Positions 1-8,691 of a stretch of DNA of 64,000 nt are shown piece by piece (within the stretch, counting starts at the first letter, position 1; each line of letters starts with the position of its first letter). Made by a program: the position numbers and the translations under genes. Under the pieces are notes generated by a model. It was not told the origin of the DNA. It did no database searches and saw only the letters and a program-made list of their open reading frames with translations. Origin of the DNA: a virus (taxonomy: Duplodnaviria > Caudoviricetes); IMG/VR virus record IMGVR_UViG_642973577_000001, positions 1 to 64,000 of that record; one strand, 5' to 3'.

Positions 1-540
1 ATGGACCTCTCGCCCGCACGCGACGACTACGGCTTCAAGGACACCAACTGCGTGTTCTGCATCCCGAACTGGGACAAGCTGGACATCATCGAGCGCACGA
101 GGTTCAACCCGTGCGAGGTCGCGGTGATCAACCCGCTCAAGCCGGTGACCGAGGGCCATGTCCTGGTGATCGCGGCCATCCACACCAAGAACGCCTCCGA
201 GCAGCCGTGGTCGATCAGCGCCCTGCTCATGAGCGTGGCCGGTGAGTGGGTTCGCAAGAACCAGATCGAGTCGGCCAACATCATCACCAGCATCGGCGAG
301 CCTGCCACCCAGAGCGTGTTCCATACTCACGTCCACGTGGTGCCGCGCAAGCTCAACGACGATCTGCCGCTGCCCTGGACGCCGCAGCAGATGGAGGAGG
401 CCCGGTGGAAGGAGGCGCTGGAGGCCAACATCCTGCATCGCATGGCCGCACGCGCCAAGGCCGCAGGCGACCGGTATGACGCCGAGCAGGCCGAGAAGCT
501 CAAGTCGCTGCCCCACATCCACGGTGGTCTGCGCCCATGA
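1..540 (+). CDS. HIT-family nucleotide hydrolase
   Basis: N-terminal CxxC (CVFC), GHVLVI, and the histidine triad HTHVHVV; start may lie upstream of the window. Confidence 0.9.
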   Translation: MDLSPARDDYGFKDTNCVFCIPNWDKLDIIERTRFNPCEVAVINPLKPVTEGHVLVIAAIHTKNASEQPWSISALLMSVAGEWVRKNQIESANIITSIGEPATQSVFHTHVHVVPRKLNDDLPLPWTPQQMEEARWKEALEANILHRMAARAKAAGDRYDAEQAEKLKSLPHIHGGLRP

Positions 541-926
541 CGCCCGAGGACAAGATCGCGGTCAAGCTCCTGGTGCTGATCGAGGGCGTGGCCGATCACA
601 AGATGGACGGGCATCAGCGCGTCGGCCTGGCCACCGAGATCGTGGGCGACATCCGCGAGCTACTGGAGCCAGAGCCAGAAGAGTCGCTGGTGCGCGAGCA
701 GGACATCCGCATCGACGTCTATTCGGACGCGGTGCCCAACGGTGCCTGGAGCGTCAAGCTCACCCACATCCCGACCGGCATCGTCTACACCGCCAACAGC
801 ACCCACCACCGGAGCCAGCTGGAGGCCAAGGCCACGCTGATCGCCCGACTGGAGACCAAGCTGCGTTGGCGCGAGCTGGAGGCCAAGTGGGTGGCCGAGG
901 GGGTGTTCGGCAATGACGACCACTGA
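537..926 (+). CDS. Release-factor (RF-1/ArfB) peptidyl-hydrolase-like domain protein lacking GGQ
   Basis: DIRIDVY...SVKLTHIPTGIV...RSQLEAK..L.ARL follows the RF domain-3 pattern; the GGQ loop is replaced by DAVPNGAW. Confidence 0.7.
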   Translation: MTPEDKIAVKLLVLIEGVADHKMDGHQRVGLATEIVGDIRELLEPEPEESLVREQDIRIDVYSDAVPNGAWSVKLTHIPTGIVYTANSTHHRSQLEAKATLIARLETKLRWRELEAKWVAEGVFGNDDH

Positions 927-1767
927 GCGCGCCAATCTGCTCTACGAGATCGAGCGGCCCACGATCACCGAGCGCCATCGCACCGGCTTTCACTACGACG
1001 TGGCCAAGAACCACTGCATCATGCTGGCCCGCACCGGTAGCGTCATGTACGGGACCAACCTGGAGGCAACAGACCGTGACTACCAAGGCGTGTGCATCGA
1101 GCCTGCGGCTGTGGCTCTGGCAGTGGTGCCCACCCAGACCACAGCCTTCGAGCAGTTCATCTACTCGACCGCTCCCATCGGTGAGAAGACTCCGCCGGAT
1201 GGGATTGATCTGACGATCTACGGGCTGGGCAAGTTCATCCAGCTCGTGGCCAAGGGCGATCCCAACATGACGGCCCTGCTGTTCGCAGGCGACACCCGAG
1301 TGCACACCAGCATGTGGTGGAAGCGCATCGTGGCCATGCAGCCCAAGCTGATCAGTCAGCAGGCAGGTGACCGCTACGCGAACTACCTCAAGAAGCAGAT
1401 CGCCAAGTACCTGACCCACGACCAGTCCCCCAGGCCCGAGCTGGTGGCCAAGTACGGGTGGGACACCAAGGCCGGGTATCACGCCATGCGCATCGCCCTA
1501 CAGGGCCGAGAGCTGATGACGCTGGGCAGGATCACCTTCCCCATGATCCCCACCACCACCCAGCTCTTGTTGGACATTCGCAATGGCGAATACACCAAGG
1601 ACGAGGTGCTGATGATGATCGACGCACGGTGCCACGACATGATCCTGGCCCAGGAGCGCAGCCACCTCCCGGAACATCCCGACTACGAGCAGATCAGCAA
1701 GTGGATCAGCGACCTGTACCGGGAGTATTGGGACGATTACGAGTATTGGGCCAACGGACCCGATTGA
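913..1767 (+). CDS. Pol-beta-superfamily nucleotidyltransferase (YcgL/RlaP-like)
   Basis: GSxxYG...TDRD motif, GDPNM, and GWDTKAGYHAMR helix typical of this family. Confidence 0.8.
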   Translation: MTTTERANLLYEIERPTITERHRTGFHYDVAKNHCIMLARTGSVMYGTNLEATDRDYQGVCIEPAAVALAVVPTQTTAFEQFIYSTAPIGEKTPPDGIDLTIYGLGKFIQLVAKGDPNMTALLFAGDTRVHTSMWWKRIVAMQPKLISQQAGDRYANYLKKQIAKYLTHDQSPRPELVAKYGWDTKAGYHAMRIALQGRELMTLGRITFPMIPTTTQLLLDIRNGEYTKDEVLMMIDARCHDMILAQERSHLPEHPDYEQISKWISDLYREYWDDYEYWANGPD

Positions 1768-1822
1768 CCCTGTAGCATTTGTAAAGCACACACCAAACAC
1801 CGACAAGGAGAAGCACAATCCT

Positions 1823-2134
1823 ATGAAGCGCACCACCAAGCTGCTCACTGCCACTGCAGCAGCAGTACTGACCGCCGCCCTGACCGCACCCACTGCGGTA
1901 GCCGTCCCCTGGCCCGATGGCTCGTGCCGTCGTGGTGGAGGAGGCTTCATCGGCTACGGCGCGTTCGAGGACTGCGACATGTGGCCCGACGGCAGCTTCC
2001 ATCACCGTGTCTCGGGAGCAGGACCCTTCGCCTTCGGTGACGTGTTCGTGGGCCGTGTCTGCGACAGCCCGCGTGGCAACCCGATGCCGCCGGTCACCGA
2101 CAACGACCCCAACACGAAGTGCCCCGGCTGGTGA
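1823..2134 (+). CDS. Secreted Cys-containing protein (CDGP-like)
   Basis: Signal peptide ending AVA; CDMWPDGS motif; AAGGAG RBS. Confidence 0.65.
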   Translation: MKRTTKLLTATAAAVLTAALTAPTAVAVPWPDGSCRRGGGGFIGYGAFEDCDMWPDGSFHHRVSGAGPFAFGDVFVGRVCDSPRGNPMPPVTDNDPNTKCPGW

Positions 2135-2274
2135 TCACCACCAAGCCCACGCGCCGCCAGCGTGTACGTCGCCGTGCCTCCCGTATCTGGGACGGCACGG
2201 TGCACGTGCTCTTCGAGGTGGTGCTGGCACTGCCCCGCGCCATCGGTCGCGCTATCGACGACATCTGGGACTGA
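2131..2274 (+). CDS. Small hypothetical protein
   Basis: GTGA overlap with upstream stop, high GC3; not in the ORF track. Confidence 0.5.
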   Translation: MITTKPTRRQRVRRRASRIWDGTVHVLFEVVLALPRAIGRAIDDIWD

Positions 2275-2285
2275 GAGGACTGACC

Positions 2286-2567
2286 ATGGCATCACGCAAG
2301 GAGCATTACCTGGAGGCCGAGCGTCTGATCGAGGCGGGCGAGGAGGTTGTGCGCAAGATCCGGCAGGCCTCGGCACGACGTACGCAGCTGGCTCAGGACT
2401 ACGGCACCACGCTCACCCCGTCGCAGAAGGCCACGCTGGAGGGCATCACCCTGCGCATGGACGAGCTGGGCAAGAAGGCGATGGGCGTCTGGGCACAGGC
2501 TCAGGTCCATGCGACTCTGGCCAGCGTTCCGGCGGTGTACACCGAGGACTCGGTGCTCGGAGCATGA
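2286..2567 (+). CDS. Hypothetical protein
   Basis: GAGG RBS; MASRKEHY start. Confidence 0.7.
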   Translation: MASRKEHYLEAERLIEAGEEVVRKIRQASARRTQLAQDYGTTLTPSQKATLEGITLRMDELGKKAMGVWAQAQVHATLASVPAVYTEDSVLGA

Positions 2568-2788
2568 GCGAGACCCTCGGCACCATCGCCCCCAACCCGT
2601 TCATCGGCACGATCGACGACAGCAAGAACGTGCCGTGCCCCATGTGCGGTGAGCCTGCGGGCAATGAGTGCGACACCAGGCAGCCCAGCGACATCAACTG
2701 GGTGCACAGCACCAGGCGCATCCTGTACACCGAGCTGGTGGCGCAGCTGGACGCACAGCCGCACATCCTGTTCCTGGACGAGTTTTGA
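2564..2788 (+). CDS. Small Zn-finger protein
   Basis: CPMC...C...H; ATGA overlap. Confidence 0.65.
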   Translation: MSETLGTIAPNPFIGTIDDSKNVPCPMCGEPAGNECDTRQPSDINWVHSTRRILYTELVAQLDAQPHILFLDEF

Positions 2789-2979
2789 GCGCCGCTGAGG
2801 TCAGCCCCGTGCGTGACGCCATGTGGGCGCTGGAGTGCTGGCAGAGCGAGTACGACGCACTGACCGACGAGGCTGCTCGTCTGGAGGCGCAGCGTGACCG
2901 CATCCTGGCCCAGCGCCAGCGTGCCGAGCAGGGCATCACGGCCTGTCGCGCCAAGCTCGCAGAACTCGGTGTGAAGTAG
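2785..2979 (+). CDS. Small coiled-coil protein
   Basis: TTGA overlap; heptad-like sequence. Confidence 0.55.
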   Translation: MSAAEVSPVRDAMWALECWQSEYDALTDEAARLEAQRDRILAQRQRAEQGITACRAKLAELGVK

Positions 2980-2982
2980 GAC

Positions 2983-3018
2983 TTGCGCGCAGTCGTTCTA
3001 GTCTGCTATAGTAGAAAC
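2983..3018 (+). promoter_or_regulatory. SigA-type promoter with TTCTAG box (leaderless)
   Basis: TTGCGC-N18-TATAGT-N6-ATG(3019). Confidence 0.85.
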
Positions 3019-3180
3019 ATGAACAGCGCAGGCCACTACATCAACCGCCAGGGCAACCTCGTCACGGTTCGCAAGAACCCCGAGGGCCAGGTCATCGAGG
3101 TCAAGGTGGAGGGCGTGTTCAAGTCGAACCGCTCGGCCCAGGCCCAGATGCGGGCGGCGAAGATCTCCGCCGGGATGTAG
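3019..3180 (+). CDS. Small leaderless hypothetical protein
   Basis: ATG 6 nt after the -10 hexamer. Confidence 0.7.
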   Translation: MNSAGHYINRQGNLVTVRKNPEGQVIEVKVEGVFKSNRSAQAQMRAAKISAGM

Positions 3181-3209
3181 TTGCAAGTCCTTCTAGGACC
3201 TGATACAAT
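3181..3209 (+). promoter_or_regulatory. SigA-type promoter with TTCTAG box upstream of a non-coding region
   Basis: TTGCAA-N17-TACAAT; no start codon or coding-like ORF follows. Confidence 0.85.
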
Positions 3210-3215
3210 TGAAGA

Positions 3216-3800
3216 CAGCAGCACAGACAACTGAACAGAGAACCAGGACCGACGAGGTGCCTTCTAGCCAACTCCGAGATCCCGCCACTGACGGTTAACG
3301 ACCACGACTCTTCCAGTGACACGCAAGACTCCCGAGTCCGAACGCGGATAGGGTGAGCACGTCGAGCAGGAGAGCGATCCCTGAACGAATGGCGGGGGAG
3401 AGCATGGGGACGGGGAGCGAAGTCGAGACCAGCCGAGAGACCCAATCACGGTGGGGGAGTCATGACCCTCATGCGGACGGGAACAAGCTCGGAGGTCGTG
3501 TCAAACAGATGAGCCGAGTACTGAGGGTAGCCGGGGCGTGCGCACAAGCCGGTGAGAGTAGGGAAACGCAATAGCACTGGCCTGGTTCTCTGTCCGGTTG
3601 TCTGCGCAACTGAACTTGGTCACGGCGTAGCCGCTAAGCAACGGGCGACCTACGGCTGCAACGAGCCGCCCACCGTGACCGCACAACTGGATAGTGACGG
3701 CCCGCTAGGTAGAGGCACCGGGCCATGGTGCGCGGTGGTGCTAAGGCTCCACGTCTGCTCCTACTCACCGTGAAGGTGACACTGCGCCGCGCACCACTCA
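3216..3800 (+). ncRNA. Large structured ncRNA (~590 nt), family unassigned
   Basis: Own promoter; 27-bp long-range helix 3221-3247/3581-3607; many internal helices; no coding bias. Confidence 0.7.
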
Positions 3801-3814
3801 ATCCTTCTAGGGGG

Positions 3815-3850
3815 TTGCACGTCTGAGTTCTACCGTGCTAGAATATAAGT
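3815..3850 (+). promoter_or_regulatory. SigA-type promoter (TTCTAC variant), leaderless
   Basis: TTGCAC-N18-TAGAAT-N6-ATG. Confidence 0.85.
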
Positions 3851-4543
3851 ATGAGCAACGCAGTCGCCCAGGACCTGACCACCATGACCCCCGCCGAGAT
3901 CGACACCATCCTCGCCGAGATCTGGGGTCGCCAGAACAACCTCATCGCCGAGATCAAGGGCTACGAGAAGAAGGCGCGCTCGGCCAAGAAGTGCATCGCC
4001 CAGGGCTACACCGGCTACCAGAGCAGCTTCGACCACGCGGTCGCCAAGGTCGCCGAGCTGACCGCCCAGATGCCCGCCATCGAGGCCGAGGCCGCTCCGT
4101 ACGAGGCCGAGTTCCACCGTCGCGGTGGCTGGACGCGGGCCTTTCTGTGCACCGCCAACGACGGCCACGTCCACAAGGATCGCGCCTGCTCGACCACGCG
4201 CCTGACGACCAAGTTCATGTGGCTGGTCGACTTCGCGGGCAAGGACGAGGAAGAGGTCGTCGCCGCTGCTGGCTGCATCGCCTGCACCGTGTGCTTCCCC
4301 AGCGCGCCGGTCAGCGTCCTGGCCCAGGCCACCACGATCTTCGCCAGCCCCGAGGCCAAGGCCAAGGCCGAGAAGAAGGCCAAGGCCGAGGCGGAGAAGT
4401 GCCCCGGCTCGCTCACCATGAACTACGACCGGGCCACGGCTCGCCTGGGCTACTGCGCCGGGAACTACGGCGTGTGCAATGACTGCGGCGAGCGCGTCAC
4501 GGTCACCAGCTCCTGGGCGCTGCGCACCCACAAGGGCAAGTAG
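3851..4543 (+). CDS. Cys/His-rich hypothetical protein
   Basis: GHVH...C, CTVCFP, and C-terminal CxxC..H; leaderless MSN start. Confidence 0.8.
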   Translation: MSNAVAQDLTTMTPAEIDTILAEIWGRQNNLIAEIKGYEKKARSAKKCIAQGYTGYQSSFDHAVAKVAELTAQMPAIEAEAAPYEAEFHRRGGWTRAFLCTANDGHVHKDRACSTTRLTTKFMWLVDFAGKDEEEVVAAAGCIACTVCFPSAPVSVLAQATTIFASPEAKAKAEKKAKAEAEKCPGSLTMNYDRATARLGYCAGNYGVCNDCGERVTVTSSWALRTHKGK

Positions 4544-4553
4544 CCCGCAGGTC

Positions 4554-4577
4554 CCCCCAGGACTTCGGTCCTGGGGG
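4554..4577 (+). terminator. GC hairpin with UUCG loop
   Basis: CCCCCAGGAC-TTCG-GTCCTGGGGG. Confidence 0.7.
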
Positions 4578-4613
4578 TTGCGTGCTTTCCTTCTAGTCTG
4601 CTATACTAAATGT
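4578..4613 (+). promoter_or_regulatory. SigA-type TTCTAG promoter, leaderless
   Basis: TTGCGT-N18-TATACT-N6-ATG. Confidence 0.85.
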
Positions 4614-4913
4614 ATGAGCAACGAGATGAACCCCACCTACCGCGCCAACCTGATCGCCCAGGCCCGTGCCAACGGCAACGCCCGCTTGACCGTCCGGGCC
4701 AATGCCCTGGAGGCCGGGTGGAACTTCGGCTTCGCTTGCCCCGACTACGAGGTGCTGACGTCCCCCGACGGCACCACCGAGATCTACGTCAACGCCTACA
4801 GGACGGGCCGCATCAAGGCCATCAACGTGGTGAACGTGGCCGACGACAAGATCATCATCCAGATCGGCGCGACCAAGAACGCCGTCACTGAGATCAGCAA
4901 GCTCTTCGCCTGA
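4614..4913 (+). CDS. Hypothetical protein
   Basis: Leaderless MSN start, high GC3. Confidence 0.8.
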   Translation: MSNEMNPTYRANLIAQARANGNARLTVRANALEAGWNFGFACPDYEVLTSPDGTTEIYVNAYRTGRIKAINVVNVADDKIIIQIGATKNAVTEISKLFA

Positions 4914-4915
4914 GC

Positions 4916-4950
4916 TTGCACTCCATCTTCTAGTAAGGTAGAATATAAGT
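4916..4950 (+). promoter_or_regulatory. SigA-type TTCTAG promoter, leaderless
   Basis: TTGCAC-N17-TAGAAT-N6-ATG. Confidence 0.85.
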
Positions 4951-5169
4951 ATGAGCAACGCACCGAAGATCTTCCGCAAGGGCCAGACCGTCACCATCTC
5001 GATCTTTGACTCCACCGACCTCGACGAGCGCAACCTCGTCGGCACCGAGCAGGCCGAGGTCATCGGCATCGTCGGCATCACCTCCGACGTCGCGGGCCTG
5101 GTGAACGTCCGCCCCTTCCACGGCGAGGACATCATCCGCGTCCACATCCGGGACATGGTGGCCGCGTGA
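4951..5169 (+). CDS. Small hypothetical protein
   Basis: Leaderless MSN start. Confidence 0.75.
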   Translation: MSNAPKIFRKGQTVTISIFDSTDLDERNLVGTEQAEVIGIVGITSDVAGLVNVRPFHGEDIIRVHIRDMVAA

Positions 5170-5408
5170 GCGCCGCCGATGTCCGCCAGGACGCCGAGAC
5201 GGCCATCGGGCTGGTCACCAGCCTGATCCAGATCCTGGACCGGATGGACCAGCCGCTCTACCACGCCGAGTACAACGCCCCCGAGGGCGACAAGTTCGGG
5301 GACGCGGCCTGGCGCGCACGCAAGGACATCGCCGAGGCGGTCCTGTGCAACAACAACCTGGAAGCACTCAAGTCCGCACTGACCGAACTCAAGCAGGGAG
5401 CAAGCTGA
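5166..5408 (+). CDS. Hypothetical protein
   Basis: GTGA overlap. Confidence 0.7.
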   Translation: MSAADVRQDAETAIGLVTSLIQILDRMDQPLYHAEYNAPEGDKFGDAAWRARKDIAEAVLCNNNLEALKSALTELKQGAS

Positions 5409-5737
5409 TGGCACGTGACACCGACCGCAAGAAGATCAGCGAGGCAGTCCGCACCCAGTCGCTGTGGCGGCGCGAGACCTACGGCGATCTGCTCACGCTG
5501 ACCAACGGGCACAGCTCGGGCAGCTACGTCGAGCTGGTCACCGCCAACGACGAGGCGCTCTACGTCGAGTACACCCCGTCGGGCCGCATCCGCCGTGCGA
5601 CCTACCGGCACTGGGACTCGGGGCGACCGGGCTACCCGATCGTGTGCACCAAGCACATCCGCCGCAACAAGCTGCGCGTCGTCGAGGACCTGGTGCGCAC
5701 CGGCACCTTCACCATGGAAGAGAGGCACTACCTGTGA
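5408..5737 (+). CDS. Hypothetical protein
   Basis: TGATG overlap, GGAG RBS. Confidence 0.7.
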   Translation: MARDTDRKKISEAVRTQSLWRRETYGDLLTLTNGHSSGSYVELVTANDEALYVEYTPSGRIRRATYRHWDSGRPGYPIVCTKHIRRNKLRVVEDLVRTGTFTMEERHYL

Positions 5738-5895
5738 GCGAGATCAGATTCCCAGCGGCCATGGGCGGACGCCAGCTGGTTGTCCGCCACACCGAGGGCG
5801 AGGGCATCAGCTTCGCCCTGGACGGCATGCCGTTCGGTGTCGGTGACGACGAGGCCAAGCAGATCGCGGCGTTCATCTGGGAGAATGTCCGATGA
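5734..5895 (+). CDS. Small hypothetical protein
   Basis: GTGA overlap. Confidence 0.55.
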   Translation: MSEIRFPAAMGGRQLVVRHTEGEGISFALDGMPFGVGDDEAKQIAAFIWENVR

Positions 5896-6059
5896 ACTGG
5901 CCAGCGTTCTTCGGTGTCCTGGCGGGAGCGGCGGGCATCGTCGCCTTCGTCTCGTTCATCGTCAACCCGTTCCTGGAAGACCCCAAGAAGCTGCGAGTGA
6001 CCATCATCGCGTTCGCGGTGTGCGTGGCCTGCGCGGCGCTGGCAGCAGGTCTGGCATGA
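5892..6059 (+). CDS. Small two-TM membrane protein
   Basis: MNWPAFFGVLAG..., two hydrophobic stretches; not in the ORF track. Confidence 0.6.
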   Translation: MNWPAFFGVLAGAAGIVAFVSFIVNPFLEDPKKLRVTIIAFAVCVACAALAAGLA

Positions 6060-6406
6060 CAGCCGGTCCGCCGCCCTACGACATCGACTGGCTGCGCCAG
6101 CAGAACGAGCAGCGTGGCTGGGACAACTGCAGCCCGCGCATGTTCTTCGAGGTCCTGGAGTGGGCGCTGGCGCTGCACGACCAGCGCGCCGTGGAGGAGT
6201 TCCACCAGGAGGGCAGCATCGGCATCACGAACCTGGTCGGCATCGTCGAGCACCTCAACGAGGCATCGGCGCGAGGCGAGCAGGTCGACGTCGGGCTGCA
6301 GGTGGCTGAGGACGGTCGCATCTGGCTGTGCGTGGACGGCGCGGCGCTCATCCGGTTCAAGCCGAAGATGCCGCAGATGCACCTACAACCTATAGAGCAG
6401 CTGTAG
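6056..6406 (+). CDS. Hypothetical protein
   Basis: ATGA overlap; high GC3. Confidence 0.7.
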   Translation: MTAGPPPYDIDWLRQQNEQRGWDNCSPRMFFEVLEWALALHDQRAVEEFHQEGSIGITNLVGIVEHLNEASARGEQVDVGLQVAEDGRIWLCVDGAALIRFKPKMPQMHLQPIEQL

Positions 6407-6419
6407 TACAATTTGACAT

Positions 6420-6540
6420 GGGCAGCGACCTATATCCCAGAGTGGTGGCCACCGCTGGAAGGACGAACTGGTTGGTCGATCGAACCGCAGAGCGTGGCCA
6501 CGCCGAGCGGGTTGTGGGTTCGACTCCCACCTGCCTGCCA
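6420..6540 (+). ncRNA. tRNA-mimic ncRNA (121 nt) ending GCCA
   Basis: TACAAT at 6407-6412; acceptor GGGCAG/CTGCCT; T-arm GTGGG-TTCGACT-CCCAC; two GTGGCCAC-capped arms. Confidence 0.7.
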
Positions 6541-6646
6541 TCCCATGAGCGTAGGGAGCGGCACCGGAGTGTTCATGGCTCTCTGGTGTGGACCGGATCG
6601 GGACCGGCGCATGGGGCGCATGACCACCCACGAACCAAGGAGGCCC

Positions 6647-7084
6647 ATGGCCGAGATCGAATCGACCCTCACCCACGAGGGCGTCACGTACGCCGCCAAC
6701 ATCGTCACCATCGAGCGCACGACGCTGGGCCGTGAGGACCACGGCGTCTTCCTGGCGCAGCTGCACATCGACGGCGGAGGCTGGGGCACGACCGTCGGCG
6801 GTCACGTGCTCGACGACAAGCCCGCGACCCGCGACGGCAAGACCGATCGCCTGGGCACCGCGTTCGGCATGCAGTACATCATCGAGATCATCAGCACCGT
6901 CGTCGGCGAGTACGGCAGCTGGGAGGACGTGAAGGGCAAGCGGATCTTCATCCTCCACGAGCAGGGCACGCGCCGGTTCGACGCTGCGGGCTACAACTGC
7001 AAGGGCATCGCCAGCCTGGACGGCAAGCGCGTGATGATCTTCGATCAGGTCGTCGAGCGCATGCGAGATGTCGTAGGCGTGTAG
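6647..7084 (+). CDS. Hypothetical phage protein
   Basis: AAGGAGG RBS; MAEIES start. Confidence 0.8.
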   Translation: MAEIESTLTHEGVTYAANIVTIERTTLGREDHGVFLAQLHIDGGGWGTTVGGHVLDDKPATRDGKTDRLGTAFGMQYIIEIISTVVGEYGSWEDVKGKRIFILHEQGTRRFDAAGYNCKGIASLDGKRVMIFDQVVERMRDVVGV

Positions 7085-7154
7085 TAGGCTCAGCCACGCA
7101 GTAATAGCTCAAGCACCCCCATCATCAGCAGCACTCGAACATTGGATTCATCAC

Positions 7155-8192
7155 GTGACGAATAGCACCCTGGCTCTGGCCAACATCATCAACCACATCG
7201 TCCTGGTCCTCGACGCCAGCACCAGCATGCAGGGCCGCAACGCCCAGGCTCTGGTCAAGGTCGCCGACAACCAGATCGCGCACCTGGCAGAACGCTCCAA
7301 GGAGCTGGACCAGGAGACGCGCATCACCGTCTACACGTTCGGCAGTCACGATCGCTTCGGCTACCCGGCGCGCATCGACTGCCTGATCTACGACAAGGAC
7401 GTCCTGCGGATGCCGAGCATCGCGGGCATCTACAAGCCCTTCGGCAACACCCCGCTGATCGACGCCAGCCTCAAGGCCATCGACGAGCTGGCCGAGACGC
7501 CCGAGCGGTACGGCGAGCACAGCTTCCTGGTGTACGTCCTGACCGACGGCATCGAGAACATCTCCAAGAACACCGGCCACACGCTGCGGGCGAAGATCGC
7601 TCATCTGCCCGAGCACTGGACCATCGGCACGTTCGTCCCCGACGAGAAGGGCCGTCGCCTCGCGATCGACCACGGCTTCTCGCCCGACAACATCGCGGTC
7701 TGGGACGTCACCAGCCACGTGGGCCTGGAGAAGGCTGGCGAGCAGATGCGCGCCGCCACCGAGAACTTCATGCAGGCCCGTCGCTCCGGCGTGCGCGGCA
7801 CCAAGCAGCTGTTCAACCTGGCCGCGCCGAAGATCAGCCAGGTGAAGGCCAACCTGGACCCGCTGCGCTCGACCGAGTACGACATCTACAACGTCGGCCA
7901 GGACGTCGCCCGCATCGACGAGTTCGTGGAAGAGGCGACCGGCAAGCCCTACGTCAAGGGCAACGCCTACTACCAGCTCTCCAAGCGCGAGACGGTGCAG
8001 GCCCAGAAGCAGATCGCCATCATGGGCAGCAAGGGCGTGTGGACCGGACGCCAGGCCCGCGACCTGCTCGGCCTGCCCGACTACGAGGTCAAGGTTGACC
8101 CGAGCTTCAACCGCGACTACGACGTGTTCATCCAGTCGACGTCGGTCAACCGCAAGCTCATGCCCAACACCAAGGTCCTGGTGCTGCGATGA
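7155..8192 (+). CDS. vWA-domain protein
   Basis: MIDAS DASTS, NTPL, LTDGxEN. Confidence 0.85.
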   Translation: MTNSTLALANIINHIVLVLDASTSMQGRNAQALVKVADNQIAHLAERSKELDQETRITVYTFGSHDRFGYPARIDCLIYDKDVLRMPSIAGIYKPFGNTPLIDASLKAIDELAETPERYGEHSFLVYVLTDGIENISKNTGHTLRAKIAHLPEHWTIGTFVPDEKGRRLAIDHGFSPDNIAVWDVTSHVGLEKAGEQMRAATENFMQARRSGVRGTKQLFNLAAPKISQVKANLDPLRSTEYDIYNVGQDVARIDEFVEEATGKPYVKGNAYYQLSKRETVQAQKQIAIMGSKGVWTGRQARDLLGLPDYEVKVDPSFNRDYDVFIQSTSVNRKLMPNTKVLVLR

Positions 8193-8374
8193 CCGTGATC
8201 AACACGCAGGAGGAGCTGGACGCTCTGCCACGCGGCACGGTGATCCGTAGCCAGATCGAGGAGTATCACGGCACGTTCGAGCTGACTAACGCGGATACGT
8301 GCTGTGGTGGATGGCACGAAACAGAGACCGGCGACGATTACACGCCGGAGCTGCCTGCGGAGGTGCTGCGCTGA
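8189..8374 (+). CDS. Hypothetical protein
   Basis: ATGA overlap. Confidence 0.6.
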   Translation: MTVINTQEELDALPRGTVIRSQIEEYHGTFELTNADTCCGGWHETETGDDYTPELPAEVLR

Positions 8375-8691
8375 TGCCCGCGCTCATCACGTTCAGCCGC
8401 GACTGGGCCGACGAGTTCAACGTGGACGGCTTCAAGGTCGTCGACACGATGAGCGAGGCGGCGGAGTACAAGCAGCACTTCGCCAAGCCGCGCACGTACT
8501 ACTTCGGCACCAACGAGGGCTGGGAGGACGAGATCCTCGACGAGTCGATCGTCGTCTGGGAGATCAGCGACGAGGAGGCAGCCACGCTGTGCCGTCTGCT
8601 GGGTGTGGCCGAGCATCGCGTCTACGGCCACATGCCGGTCGACTGGGACGAGGACGACGCTTGGGACGACGGGAGCAGCTACGCGCCATGA
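8374..8691 (+). CDS. Acidic hypothetical protein
   Basis: DWADEF and YFGTNE motifs; TGATG overlap. Confidence 0.7.
   Translation: MPALITFSRDWADEFNVDGFKVVDTMSEAAEYKQHFAKPRTYYFGTNEGWEDEILDESIVVWEISDEEAATLCRLLGVAEHRVYGHMPVDWDEDDAWDDGSSYAP

Noticed and set aside
3216-3800. tmRNA, RNase P RNA or group I intron
   Set aside because: No T-arm with free CCA (the terminal ACCA is paired), no GAGGAAAGUCC-type RNase P signature and no interrupted host gene; a covariance search is still needed
6420-6540. tRNA-Sec
   Set aside because: No UCA anticodon loop, and the acceptor/T helix is shorter rather than longer than canonical
6420-8192. Ro60/Y-RNA system (tRNA-like RNA near a vWA protein)
   Set aside because: The vWA protein lacks a TROVE domain, and the RNA has a normal acceptor end rather than a Ro-binding stem
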